A DNA stretch of 62,963 nt, counting the filler. It is 2 parts of 2 records of this genome, joined end to end, with 100 filler letters (N's around TTAATTAATTAA, not from the genome) between each part and the next. Parts side by side here need not be neighbours in the genome. Positions count along the whole stretch, not along the records: positions 1 to 31,088 come from SRR20825006_324; positions 31,189 to 62,963 come from SRR20825006_333. One strand, 5' to 3'. The notes under the pieces are model-generated. The model did not search any database. It had not been told where the DNA came from and saw only the letters and a list, made by a program, of their open reading frames with translations. The position numbers and the translations under genes are program-made. The first letter of the stretch is position 1. Each line of letters starts with the position of its first letter. Positions 27,803 through 36,465 of this stretch are shown in pieces.

Positions 27803-28788
27803 GTGCCGGGATGGTAGAATGTGCCCTCAGGCAGGGTTGTGGCCTGGCCCACCAAATCCACGCCGCCGAGCTGCGCCATCAGATCGAGCATCTTGGCCGC
27901 ATCGGCATCAGACACCGGACCCTTTGGCGGAATACCGTCGATCCATCCGGTTTTGAGTGCTGCAAATTGCGCGTCGGTTTTGACATTCATCTCCGGGCGC
28001 AGGCGATCCCAAGCGGCGTCATCTGTGGCCAAAAGATCTTTGGCCTGACGTGACGCGGCGGCCAGTCCGGCGACCAGTTCCGGGTGGTTTTTCAACACCT
28101 CACCGCGCACAACATAGCCCAAAAGCGGCGTGTCCGGGTTTAACCCTAGCGCCACGGCGGCCTCGGAGGTGGAGGTCAAAAGCCGCATCCCGGCGGCGTC
28201 CATTTTGGCCCCAAAATGCCAAAAATTAATCGCGCCGTCCAACTCGCCGGAGAGGGCGGATTTGAAAATCAAAGGCGGTGCGCCGTAGACCTGTTCGGTG
28301 TTGGCTGCCAGATCGAGCCCCTCAGTCTGGGCCGCAAAGGCGCGCAGGATCAGCCAGCTTTTGTCATTCGGCCCACCAGCTATGCCGATTTTGCCGCCTG
28401 CCAGATCGGCAATGGTTTGGGCAGGGCTGTCCTTGGGCACATAGAGCCCGCCCACGGCTTTGGAATAGGGGACGAAAACGTAATCCTTGCCCTCGGCGCG
28501 TTGGGCCGCAACCCAGAGCCAATCGGCGACGATCATATCGACTTCGCCCGCCGCCAGCGCCACACGTGAGGCGGGGGAGCCCGCGACATCAAGCGCCTCA
28601 AGGGTAAAGCCCTGAGCGGCGTCAAAGCCGTAATGATGGATGGTGTCCACCTCCCAGGCGACGGTGCCGGACATTTGCAGCGCCGCTTTGAGTTTTGGCA
28701 AATCTTCGGCCTTGGATGGCACGGAAAAGGCGGCACTCAAAGCCGCGGCTGTGGCAAGGGCCGCGAGGCCTTTGGTGAATTTGGTCAT
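27799..28788 (-). CDS. NitT/TauT-family periplasmic binding protein, PqqT-like
   Basis: GTVAWE, GIAGGPNDKSW, YGAPPL, GELDG..NFW; divergent from the PQQ dehydrogenase gene. Confidence 0.75.
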   Translation of the reverse strand: MTKFTKGLAALATAAALSAAFSVPSKAEDLPKLKAALQMSGTVAWEVDTIHHYGFDAAQGFTLEALDVAGSPASRVALAAGEVDMIVADWLWVAAQRAEGKDYVFVPYSKAVGGLYVPKDSPAQTIADLAGGKIGIAGGPNDKSWLILRAFAAQTEGLDLAANTEQVYGAPPLIFKSALSGELDGAINFWHFGAKMDAAGMRLLTSTSEAAVALGLNPDTPLLGYVVRGEVLKNHPELVAGLAAASRQAKDLLATDDAAWDRLRPEMNVKTDAQFAALKTGWIDGIPPKGPVSDADAAKMLDLMAQLGGVDLVGQATTLPEGTFYHPGT

Positions 28789-28836
28789 GGTTGATCCTCC
28801 CTGATCTCAGAGTAGGAGCGCGCGGGCGTGGCACAA

Positions 28837-28895
28837 TACGACCAAAGGATGGGAAACGACCCCGGGGTCGCATGCGGCCTACGACCAATGGCCAA
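28837..28895. promoter_or_regulatory. Group of palindrome-like sites in the dehydrogenase promoter
   Basis: TACGACCAAAGGATGG (28837-28852), ACGACCCCGGGGTCGC (28856-28871), TACGACCAATGGCCAA (28880-28895). Confidence 0.6.
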
Positions 28896-28992
28896 TTTCG
28901 GACAGGGCCTCGCTTTGGTGATCATTGGTCAGGCTTTATCTGCGCGGGTCCAAGAGGGAGCGCGCATCTGGTCATCCATGGGAGGAAAACAC

Positions 28993-30759
28993 ATGAACAG
29001 GTTTCTATCTGCCGCATCTGCGGCTGTTCTGGCGTTCGGTCTTGCGGGAAGCGCCTGGGCGGGCGTCACCGAAGAGGATCTGCTGAACGACGCCAACACA
29101 CCGGGCGACATTTTGACCAACGGCATGGGGCGTGATCTGCAACGCTATTCGCCGCTTGAGACGCTCAACAAAGACAACGTGAAAAACCTCGTTCCGGCCT
29201 GGGCCTTCAGCCTCGGTGGTGAAAAGCAGCGCGGGCAAGAGACCCAGCCCTTGGTGCATGACGGCATCATGTATGTGACCGGGTCCTATTCGCGCCTTTA
29301 TGCGATCGACATGACCAACGGCAAAGAAATCTGGCAATATGACGCCCGACTGCCCGAAGGCATTTTGCCCTGCTGTGACGTGATCAACCGTGGCGGTGCG
29401 ATTTATGGCGACAACATCTATTTCGGCACGTTGGACGCGCGCATCGTGGCGCTGGATCTGAAAACCGGCGATGTGAAATGGAACAAAAAGATCGCCAACT
29501 ACAAAGAAGGCTATTCCTACACAGCCGCGCCGTTGATCGTGAACGGTCTGGTCATCACCGGTAACTCCGGCGGTGAATTTGGCATCGTCGGCGAAGTACA
29601 GGCACGCGATGCGGAAACCGGTGAAATGGTTTGGACGCGTCCGGTGATCGAAGGTCACATGGGCACGCTCAATGGCGAAGAGAGCACCATGACCGGGACG
29701 CTGAACGCGACCTGGCCGGGTGATATGTGGAAAACCGGCGGCGGTGCGACCTGGCTTGGCGGCTCTTATGACGCTGACACCAACACATTGGTTTTTGGTA
29801 CGGGTAACCCGGCGCCGTGGAACTCGCATCTGCGCAACGCGGGCACACCGACCGAGGGCAACAGTGGCGACAACCTGTACGCCGCATCGCGTTTGGGCAT
29901 TGATCCGGCCACCGGCGAAATCAAATGGCACTTCCAGACCACGCCGCGCGAAGGCTGGGACTTTGACGGGGTGAACGAGGTTGTGGCCTTTACCGACAAA
30001 GACGGCAACAAACGGTTCGCCACCGCCGACCGCAACGGTTTCTTCTACGTGTTGAACCGCGAAGACGGCGCGTTTGTGAACGCAACCCCGTTTGTCTCTG
30101 ACATCACCTGGGCCAAAGGGATTGATGAAACCGGACGTCCGATCTACGTCGAAGAGGCCCGTCCGGGCAACCCACTTGAGGCGGAAAAGGGCGAGATGGT
30201 GTTCTCGGTTCCGTCCTTCTTGGGGGGCAAAAACTGGATGCCGATGGCGCACAGCCAAAAGACCGGTCTGTTCTATGTGCCGTCGAACGAATGGGGCATG
30301 GACATCTGGAACGAGCCGATTTCCTATAAAAAAGGCGCGGCTTACCTTGGCGCGGGCTTTACCATCAAACCGATCTTTGAAAGCCACATCGGGTCTTTGA
30401 AAGCGATCCAGCCGGAAACCGGCGAGATCAAATGGGACTTCCAAAACGAAGCCCCGCTTTGGGGTGGTGTGATGACCACGGCGGGTGGCCTCGTGTTCTT
30501 CGGCACGCCTGAAGGGGAATTCATCGCGCTTGACGATGAGACCGGCGAGAAACTTTGGTCGTTCCAAACCGGCTCCGGCATCGTTGGTCAGCCTGTGACC
30601 TTTGAAATGGACGGCGAACAATATGTCACCGTTGTCTCCGGCTGGGGTGGTGCGGTTCCGCTTTGGGGCGGTGAAGTGGCCAAAAAGGTCAACTACCTGA
30701 ACCAAGGTGGCACGGTCTGGACCTTCAAATTGCCGAAACAACTGGCCATGGCGAACTGA
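28993..30759 (+). CDS. pedH: Lanthanide-type PQQ-dependent alcohol dehydrogenase (PedH/ExaF clade)
   Basis: GGAGG RBS, signal peptide, vicinal [28 protein letters not shown] (extra Asp), [17 protein letters not shown]. Confidence 0.9.
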   Translation: MNRFLSAASAAVLAFGLAGSAWAGVTEEDLLNDANTPGDILTNGMGRDLQRYSPLETLNKDNVKNLVPAWAFSLGGEKQRGQETQPLVHDGIMYVTGSYSRLYAIDMTNGKEIWQYDARLPEGILPCCDVINRGGAIYGDNIYFGTLDARIVALDLKTGDVKWNKKIANYKEGYSYTAAPLIVNGLVITGNSGGEFGIVGEVQARDAETGEMVWTRPVIEGHMGTLNGEESTMTGTLNATWPGDMWKTGGGATWLGGSYDADTNTLVFGTGNPAPWNSHLRNAGTPTEGNSGDNLYAASRLGIDPATGEIKWHFQTTPREGWDFDGVNEVVAFTDKDGNKRFATADRNGFFYVLNREDGAFVNATPFVSDITWAKGIDETGRPIYVEEARPGNPLEAEKGEMVFSVPSFLGGKNWMPMAHSQKTGLFYVPSNEWGMDIWNEPISYKKGAAYLGAGFTIKPIFESHIGSLKAIQPETGEIKWDFQNEAPLWGGVMTTAGGLVFFGTPEGEFIALDDETGEKLWSFQTGSGIVGQPVTFEMDGEQYVTVVSGWGGAVPLWGGEVAKKVNYLNQGGTVWTFKLPKQLAMAN

Positions 30760-30795
30760 TCCTATCGCAATAAATCGGTGCTCAGGCACCTCTGG

Positions 30796-30830
30796 CCCCG
30801 CTGCGGTTCTTCCGTGGCGGGGTTTTCTTT
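30796..30830 (+). terminator. Intrinsic terminator after pedH
   Basis: CCCCGCTGCGG...CCGTGGCGGGG hairpin followed by TTTTCTTT. Confidence 0.7.
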
Positions 30831-31061
30831 GTGCTGATCTGCGTGGGCTTATCTGCCGTTTGGCGGCAGGCCTTTGATCCGTGCCTGATGGGCCAAAAGA
30901 TCGGTTTGGGTGAGAGGGTGTGTCCGCATGTTTGACGTGTCGAAGGAGGCACCAAAGGCGTCATACTCAAGGTCGATCAAGGCGGGTTGACCTCGGCGGG
31001 GACACCACATAGCGCCGCGCAACAGCGCCAAGGACAGTATGACACATCTGAGGGAATAAAG

Positions 31062-31088
31062 TGGCAGTCCATAGGGGAATCGAACCCC
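31062..31088 (-). tRNA. 3' end of a tRNA (probably tRNA-Glu), truncated by the contig end
   Basis: Reverse complement GGGG-TTCGATT-CCCCT-ATGGACT-G-CCA: T-arm, acceptor 3' strand, G discriminator and CCA; anticodon not visible. Confidence 0.65.
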
Positions 31089-31188
31089 NNNNNNNNNNNN
31101 NNNNNNNNNNNNNNNNNNNNNNNNNNNNNNNNTTAATTAATTAANNNNNNNNNNNNNNNNNNNNNNNNNNNNNNNNNNNNNNNNNNNN
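31089..31188. other. Artificial contig-joining spacer
   Basis: 44 N, then TTAATTAATTAA (stops in all six frames), then 44 N. Confidence 0.97.
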
Positions 31189-31726
31189 CATGCCGCAGAA
31201 GAAAAACCCGGACGTGCCTGAACTCATCCGCGGCAAAACCAGTCGCGTATACGGCAATATGTTCAACCTGCTGACCCTGATGAAGAACCAGCCGCTGGCC
31301 TATAACAAAGACAATCAGGAAGACAAGGAACCGCTGTTCGATACTATCGACACGCTGCTAGGCTCATTGCGGGTCTATGCCGATATGATGGCCGCGATTA
31401 GCGTCAAAGCCGACAATATGCGCGAATCGGCACTGCGCGGCTACGCCACAGCCACCGATCTGGCTGATTACCTGGTACGTAAAGGCACGCCTTTCCGTGA
31501 TGCCCATGAAGTGGTAGGTCTGTCGGTCGCCTATGGCATTAAACACAAAAAAGATTTGTCGGCGATGAGCCTGGAGGAACTGCAACAGTTTTCCAGTCAG
31601 ATCGAAGCTGATGTATTTGATGTACTGACACTGGAAGGCTCAGTCGCGGCCCGTAATCATCTCGGCGGTACAGCCCCGGAACAAGTCCGCGCTGCTATCA
31701 AAAAAGCTCGAAACAACCGCGCATAA
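31189..31726 (+). CDS. argH: Argininosuccinate lyase, C-terminal part (5' truncated)
   Basis: MPQKKNPD signature, [35 protein letters not shown]. Confidence 0.93.
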
Positions 31727-31846
31727 TATGATGCAGCCGCTCTAGCGGCTGCGTTACTCAACTCCCTTTCTGATCGCCAGTCCGGTGGCATCCGGAAACC
31801 ACATTAAGCCCAAACCACCCCATACTCCTGGCTTGAATTCCTATTT

Positions 31847-31865
31847 GATAATGATTATTATTTAG
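31847..31865. promoter_or_regulatory. Fur box upstream of flavodoxin
   Basis: GATAATGATTATTATTTAG, 14/19 match to GATAATGATAATCATTATC. Confidence 0.7.
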
Positions 31866-31892
31866 CTTTTTATTCAAAAATAGGGTTCACAC

Positions 31893-32408
31893 ATGATCGC
31901 CGTGATTTATGGCTCCACAACCGGTAATACCTCTGATGCTGCCGACAAAATTCAGGACATTTTGGGTGAAGAAGCGGTCGAGTTGTTCGATGTCAAAGAT
32001 GTCGGCCTAGACGCGCTGAACTATTTCGATAACCTTATTTTTGCTATTCCCACCTGGGATTACGGGGAAGTCCAGACCGATTGGCAGGATGTCTGGGACG
32101 ATATCGACGAAGTCGATTTCACTAATAAAACCGTTGCTTTTCTGGGCATGGGTGACCAGTTTGCCTATGCCGAATGGTTTCAGGATGCCTTGGGCATGCT
32201 GCATGACAAGATCAAAGCCCGTGGTGCCGCTATCATTGGCCACTGGCCGGTAGAAGGTTATGAATTCGACGAATCCAAGGCACTGACCGAAGACAAGCAG
32301 CATTTTGTCGGTCTCGCGCTGGATGAAGACTGCCAGTCCGGCATGACCGATCAGCGCCTGAAAGACTGGTGCGAAATCATCAAAGCCGGTTTCCTGACAC
32401 CGGCCTGA
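31893..32408 (+). CDS. Long-chain flavodoxin
   Basis: YGSTTGNT, PTWDYGE, GMGDQ..Y, FVGLALDED. Confidence 0.93.
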   Translation: MIAVIYGSTTGNTSDAADKIQDILGEEAVELFDVKDVGLDALNYFDNLIFAIPTWDYGEVQTDWQDVWDDIDEVDFTNKTVAFLGMGDQFAYAEWFQDALGMLHDKIKARGAAIIGHWPVEGYEFDESKALTEDKQHFVGLALDEDCQSGMTDQRLKDWCEIIKAGFLTPA

Positions 32409-32420
32409 TACTGTCTCAAC

Positions 32421-32462
32421 AAAAAGGGGGCTGATGAAGTTTTTCATCAGCCCCCTTTTTTT
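32421..32462. terminator. Bidirectional intrinsic terminator
   Basis: AAAAAGGGGGCTGATGAA...TTCATCAGCCCCCTTTTTTT. Confidence 0.85.
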
Positions 32463-32477
32463 ACGACTTGCAGAAAC

Positions 32478-32807
32478 TCAGGCTCTCACTGCAAATAGCT
32501 GCGGGCAGATAACTTTCAGTATCGCCGGGCGATGACTCAACATCATCGCTACACTAAAAGCCGCGACAGCCAGCAACATAACCCAGACCAATACTGCCAT
32601 CGAGGGATGATCGGCATTGAGACAGAATACTGCTGACAACAATAAGAAAACCCAACCGGTCAGCTTCAGACGGCTACTGTTCGGTAGCGTACCTGTATCC
32701 GGAAACACCTGTTGCCAGTGGCTTTCATAAGCCAGCGCCAGCCAGCTCATGCTCAATATCGCTGCCATCACAGCGGCGATCAACCAGATTGTCTCAGTCA
32801 TAGGCAT
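32478..32807 (-). CDS. DUF3325-like membrane protein
   Basis: WLALA...HWQQV pattern, three TM helices, follows the PepSY-TM gene. Confidence 0.7.
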   Translation of the reverse strand: MPMTETIWLIAAVMAAILSMSWLALAYESHWQQVFPDTGTLPNSSRLKLTGWVFLLLSAVFCLNADHPSMAVLVWVMLLAVAAFSVAMMLSHRPAILKVICPQLFAVRA

Positions 32808-34491
32808 TCACCTGTTTATTGCGGCTCAGCGCATTGTCTGTTTTTTGTTCACTGACCGGTGCCCGCAGTTTGGCGGCAGCAAAAAAGGCGATCAATGCGG
32901 TCACAATCAGACTCAGATCGACACCGGCTACGGCCCAGTAAGTGTCTGTAAAGACGGTTTTGATAAGATGATCACCGGTAGTTACCCAATTGAGACCCAC
33001 AGCGCAGAGGCTCATTAAACCCAGCACCAGAGACTGTTCACGCCATGCCGGATTATGCCGCGCCTTGGCGACCGGTGAACTGCGCCAGACGGCATGCAGA
33101 AAGGCCAGACCCCAGACTGACCAGAAAGCGGTCTGTTCCCACTGGCCCTTGCCCGACAGGTCAGCTGGTAATAAACGGTTTGCTACCAGCATACCGACCG
33201 CCGCCAGCGCCATACCAGTGACCGTGGTGACGGCTAAAGCATCGACAATACGGCTGCCCTGACTGCCCGTTTTGGCATGTCTGGCTTTACGTTTTTCAAC
33301 AAATAGCACAAAGCCGGTGGCAATACAGATGGCCCCCAGCAGACCACCGAAGACATAGAACCAGCGCAGCATCCAGTGCTCAAAGTGCTGCAGGTGCAGA
33401 CCGGTCAGAAACTCGTCGATGGATGACACAACACTGCGCGGCGGTTCTTCACGAATAACTTCACCGGTGCTGGCTTTAAAGTGAATGCCTTCGCCGACCA
33501 GGGCCACACGGTCACTACCTGCGCGATAAATACTCACATAACCATTTTCATCACCCAGATGGTTCATACTCAAAAAACCGACTTCTCCGGCCATATCACG
33601 CTCGGACCAGCGACGTTTGGCTTCAGCAACCATCGCATCCACAGAGGCCAGTGGTGCCGCGACACCGGCTGGCTCATGAGGCAGTCCGGTACGGGCTGCT
33701 TCCAGTTTCTCATGATGCTCATGCAATGGTTTCAGCGTGGTGTGCGTCACTGGCAGATAGATATTGCTGGCAAAAATCACCAGCGCGGTAAAAGCAAAGA
33801 AAAAATGAAATGGCAGCGCCACCACTCCTGTCATGTTGTGCAAATCGAGGCTGCTGCGGAAAAGGTTTTTCCAGGGACGAAAGGTGAAGAACTCCCGGAA
33901 GATTTTGCGGTGAATAATCACCCCACTGACCAGCCCTGCCAGCATGACCAGCGCTGCCAGGCCTACAATCCAGTAGCCCACCATCATCCAGTTGAAATTC
34001 AGACTAAAGTGCATCGGGTAAAACCAGTCGCTGCCAATCTTGAGTGCATCATCGTTCAGCAACTCACCTGTAGCAGGATTAACGGTTGCGCGGCCATGCA
34101 CATGCTGATGATCATCAGCTGGATCAATCGGCTGGTTGGGGATGGCAAACTCACCGCCAATCAAAAGCACCGGATCACGATGCGTGGTGTATGCAAACAG
34201 CGACTCAAGTTTCAAGGTTTCCGGGTCTGGCAGTGAACCAATCACTCGTCGCTCAGTGGCGGCCAAATCCACGGGATCTGGTCGAAGCTGTTGGTAAATT
34301 GGTTTGAGCACCTTGTCAAAGGACGGCATCGGCTGCGGCTCAAAGCGCGTATCCGGAATAGCCCAGCGATCGATTTCGCGGTCAAATACCGACAGCGCAC
34401 CGAAGAAAAAACAAATCATCAGCACAAAGCCCAGCACCAACCCCATCCAGGTGTGGACCCAGCCCATCGACATGCGTAGAGAATTAAACAT
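32794..34491 (-). CDS. PepSY-associated TM helix protein (iron-regulated membrane protein, PiuB/FoxB-like)
   Basis: HTWMGL, PMHF, LDLHN.TGV..LPFH and GLHLQHF conserved-His motifs. Confidence 0.85.
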   Translation of the reverse strand: MFNSLRMSMGWVHTWMGLVLGFVLMICFFFGALSVFDREIDRWAIPDTRFEPQPMPSFDKVLKPIYQQLRPDPVDLAATERRVIGSLPDPETLKLESLFAYTTHRDPVLLIGGEFAIPNQPIDPADDHQHVHGRATVNPATGELLNDDALKIGSDWFYPMHFSLNFNWMMVGYWIVGLAALVMLAGLVSGVIIHRKIFREFFTFRPWKNLFRSSLDLHNMTGVVALPFHFFFAFTALVIFASNIYLPVTHTTLKPLHEHHEKLEAARTGLPHEPAGVAAPLASVDAMVAEAKRRWSERDMAGEVGFLSMNHLGDENGYVSIYRAGSDRVALVGEGIHFKASTGEVIREEPPRSVVSSIDEFLTGLHLQHFEHWMLRWFYVFGGLLGAICIATGFVLFVEKRKARHAKTGSQGSRIVDALAVTTVTGMALAAVGMLVANRLLPADLSGKGQWEQTAFWSVWGLAFLHAVWRSSPVAKARHNPAWREQSLVLGLMSLCAVGLNWVTTGDHLIKTVFTDTYWAVAGVDLSLIVTALIAFFAAAKLRAPVSEQKTDNALSRNKQVNAYD

Positions 34492-34501
34492 CAGCGCGCT
34501 C

Positions 34502-34795
34502 CTAACTCAACAGACTGTTTTGTAAAAAAGTACCAATCAACATCATCACTGCGCTGCCACCAGCCAGCACCAGCCAGACACGGATCATGCTTTTAGCGGC
34601 AAATGTCCACAGAAACAGCCCCAGAAATACCAGAAAGGCAATCAGTGACAGCCCGGTCTCAGCCTCATGAAAATCAATGCCCAAAGCGACCAGGCTGGTG
34701 ATGCCCAGCACACTGAAGCCCCAGGTAAAGGCATAGCCTCCCAGTATTGCCGCGATAATGCGGTTAGTCGTCTGTAAAGCAGCTTGTGAGTTCAT
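34502..34795 (-). CDS. Small iron-uptake membrane protein (DUF3649-like)
   Basis: RIIAAILGGY...LW.FAA pattern; first gene of the PepSY module. Confidence 0.7.
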   Translation of the reverse strand: MNSQAALQTTNRIIAAILGGYAFTWGFSVLGITSLVALGIDFHEAETGLSLIAFLVFLGLFLWTFAAKSMIRVWLVLAGGSAVMMLIGTFLQNSLLS

Positions 34796-34976
34796 TCAGT
34801 CACCGTGGTAAGAGTCTGGTTGAGCTTTTCTGTATTCAGCGCAAGTTTTCGCTGTCTGAATCCGTAGATAAATCAGCCACCGTAAAGGCTTCCCATACGG
34901 TTATTCCATGCCATTAAACATATCTCATTGCTTGGGTTAGAAACGGTGGCAGAATTTATGAACAGAGTAACTTATT

Positions 34977-34995
34977 AATAATGCGATACATTATC
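34977..34995. promoter_or_regulatory. Fur box upstream of the PepSY module
   Basis: AATAATGCGATACATTATC, 14/19 match to consensus. Confidence 0.6.
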
Positions 34996-35164
34996 GTTTA
35001 CGATTCATTTTAGCAATCTTCCCGTGGCGGAAATTTCTTATTTATGAGTTCCACGGCTAACCAGATAGCCCTCTTCGGGCAAATTTCCTGATGTAGCGCA
35101 GATGGCTATACAGCCTCTGGGTCGCATGTTAGTTTTTGCAGCAAACCAATAGAAAGGTAAAAAA

Positions 35165-35830
35165 ATGAGCAGACTTTACGGCGAACAGCACCGCGTAAGG
35201 CAGGACCAGTTCGACAGCAGGGAAATGGCCGACAGGGTTGAAGAACTCGCCGTCGTGACTGAAATCTCAGAAGAGGCTGCCGCCTTTATTGAACAACGCG
35301 ACATGTTCTTTTTATCTACCGTCGATCATCAGGGCCGACCAACTGTCTCCTACAAAGGCGGAGAAGCCGGACAATTTGTCCGTGTTGTCGATGAAAACAC
35401 GCTCGCCTTTCCCAGCTTTGACGGCAACGGCATGTATTTTTCAATGGGTAATATCGATGGGCATGCCGAGGTAGGCATGTTGTTTATTGATTTTGAGAAA
35501 CCGCATCGCATTCGGGTACAGGGTAAAGCCAGCGTGTCGGCCGATGATCCGCTGCTTGCGTACTGGAAAGAAGCAGAACTGGTGGTCAGAGTCACGGTGA
35601 GTGAACTATGGCAGAACTGCCCGCGTTACATCCATCGCTATCAGAAAGTGAAGGACTCACATTACGTCCCCAAAGCGGACTGTGAAACACCGGTGGCCGC
35701 CTGGAAGCGGGTGGAGGAAGTGAATGACGTGTTGAATGACAAAGAGCGTCAACAAGTGGAGGACGCAGGAGGCACCATGCCCATTGAAGAGTGGATGAGC
35801 TATGTGCAGTCAGGCGATGAAAAAGCCTGA
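35165..35830 (+). CDS. Pyridoxamine 5'-phosphate oxidase-like FMN-binding protein
   Basis: FFLSTVD..G.PTVSYKGG, FPSFDGNGM..SMGNI, NCPRYI. Confidence 0.85.
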   Translation: MSRLYGEQHRVRQDQFDSREMADRVEELAVVTEISEEAAAFIEQRDMFFLSTVDHQGRPTVSYKGGEAGQFVRVVDENTLAFPSFDGNGMYFSMGNIDGHAEVGMLFIDFEKPHRIRVQGKASVSADDPLLAYWKEAELVVRVTVSELWQNCPRYIHRYQKVKDSHYVPKADCETPVAAWKRVEEVNDVLNDKERQQVEDAGGTMPIEEWMSYVQSGDEKA

Positions 35831-35835
35831 TTCGC

Positions 35836-36291
35836 TTATTCGCCAACCACGCGTAGCTTGGTGGCAATAAAGTCTTTATGGGAGACATGCAGCAGGCTGG
35901 CCAGCTTACGGATCACGTGTTGCTCAATCGCATCAAGATGTTCATCGGCATAGGCGAGTTGCCATAAAGACTCAATCAATTCGATTTTTTCATCGTGATC
36001 AAATTCAAGATTAATCGCCGATGTGAAACGGTAAAAATCGGTCGATTCCTGCAGTGCGGCTTCGGCCTGTTCAATCAGCGCTTCCGCCTTATCCGCTGAC
36101 AAATCAAAACGCTCTTTTACAAGCTGTCTGAGCATCGCTATTTCAGCATCATGCTGCTCATCGTCAACCGCAATCACTTCCACCATCAATGCCACCGCAG
36201 CCAGCAGCTTGGTGTGGTCGCGATCCGTCATCAAAGCATCGCCGTCATCCCCAAAGGTATTCCCCAGCAATTGTTTCAGTTTTTCTATCAT
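35836..36291 (-). CDS. TerB family protein
   Basis: ALMVEV..VD, LWQLAYAD, E..VIRKLASLLHV. Confidence 0.8.
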   Translation of the reverse strand: MIEKLKQLLGNTFGDDGDALMTDRDHTKLLAAVALMVEVIAVDDEQHDAEIAMLRQLVKERFDLSADKAEALIEQAEAALQESTDFYRFTSAINLEFDHDEKIELIESLWQLAYADEHLDAIEQHVIRKLASLLHVSHKDFIATKLRVVGE

Positions 36292-36465
36292 AAGGTCTCC
36301 TACCCTTCAGCGACTGTTATTACTGATAAAAGTTCTGATCGATTCAGTGTGGATGCTGGAGCAGGTTTTAATATACATTGGCCCGGAACACGACGTCTCC
36401 GGGCCAAATATCAGGCAAGCATCCAAGCGGCTAGATGTATGCGTTAATTATACTTCTGTTTGTTC

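Noticed and set aside
28993-30759. XoxF/MxaF methanol dehydrogenase call
   Set aside because: [16 protein letters not shown] and [11 protein letters not shown], plus a PedF partner, fit the ExaA/PedH ethanol-type clade
29005-30789. 594-aa minus-strand ORF
   Set aside because: Antisense shadow of the codon-biased pedH gene, with no recognisable motifs
31133-31144. TTAATTAATTAA as a biological motif
   Set aside because: It is embedded in symmetrical N runs and is an assembly linker
34796-35164. Small ORF or riboswitch in the long intergenic region
   Set aside because: Only very short ORFs and no recognisable riboswitch consensus; the Fur box and divergent promoters explain it
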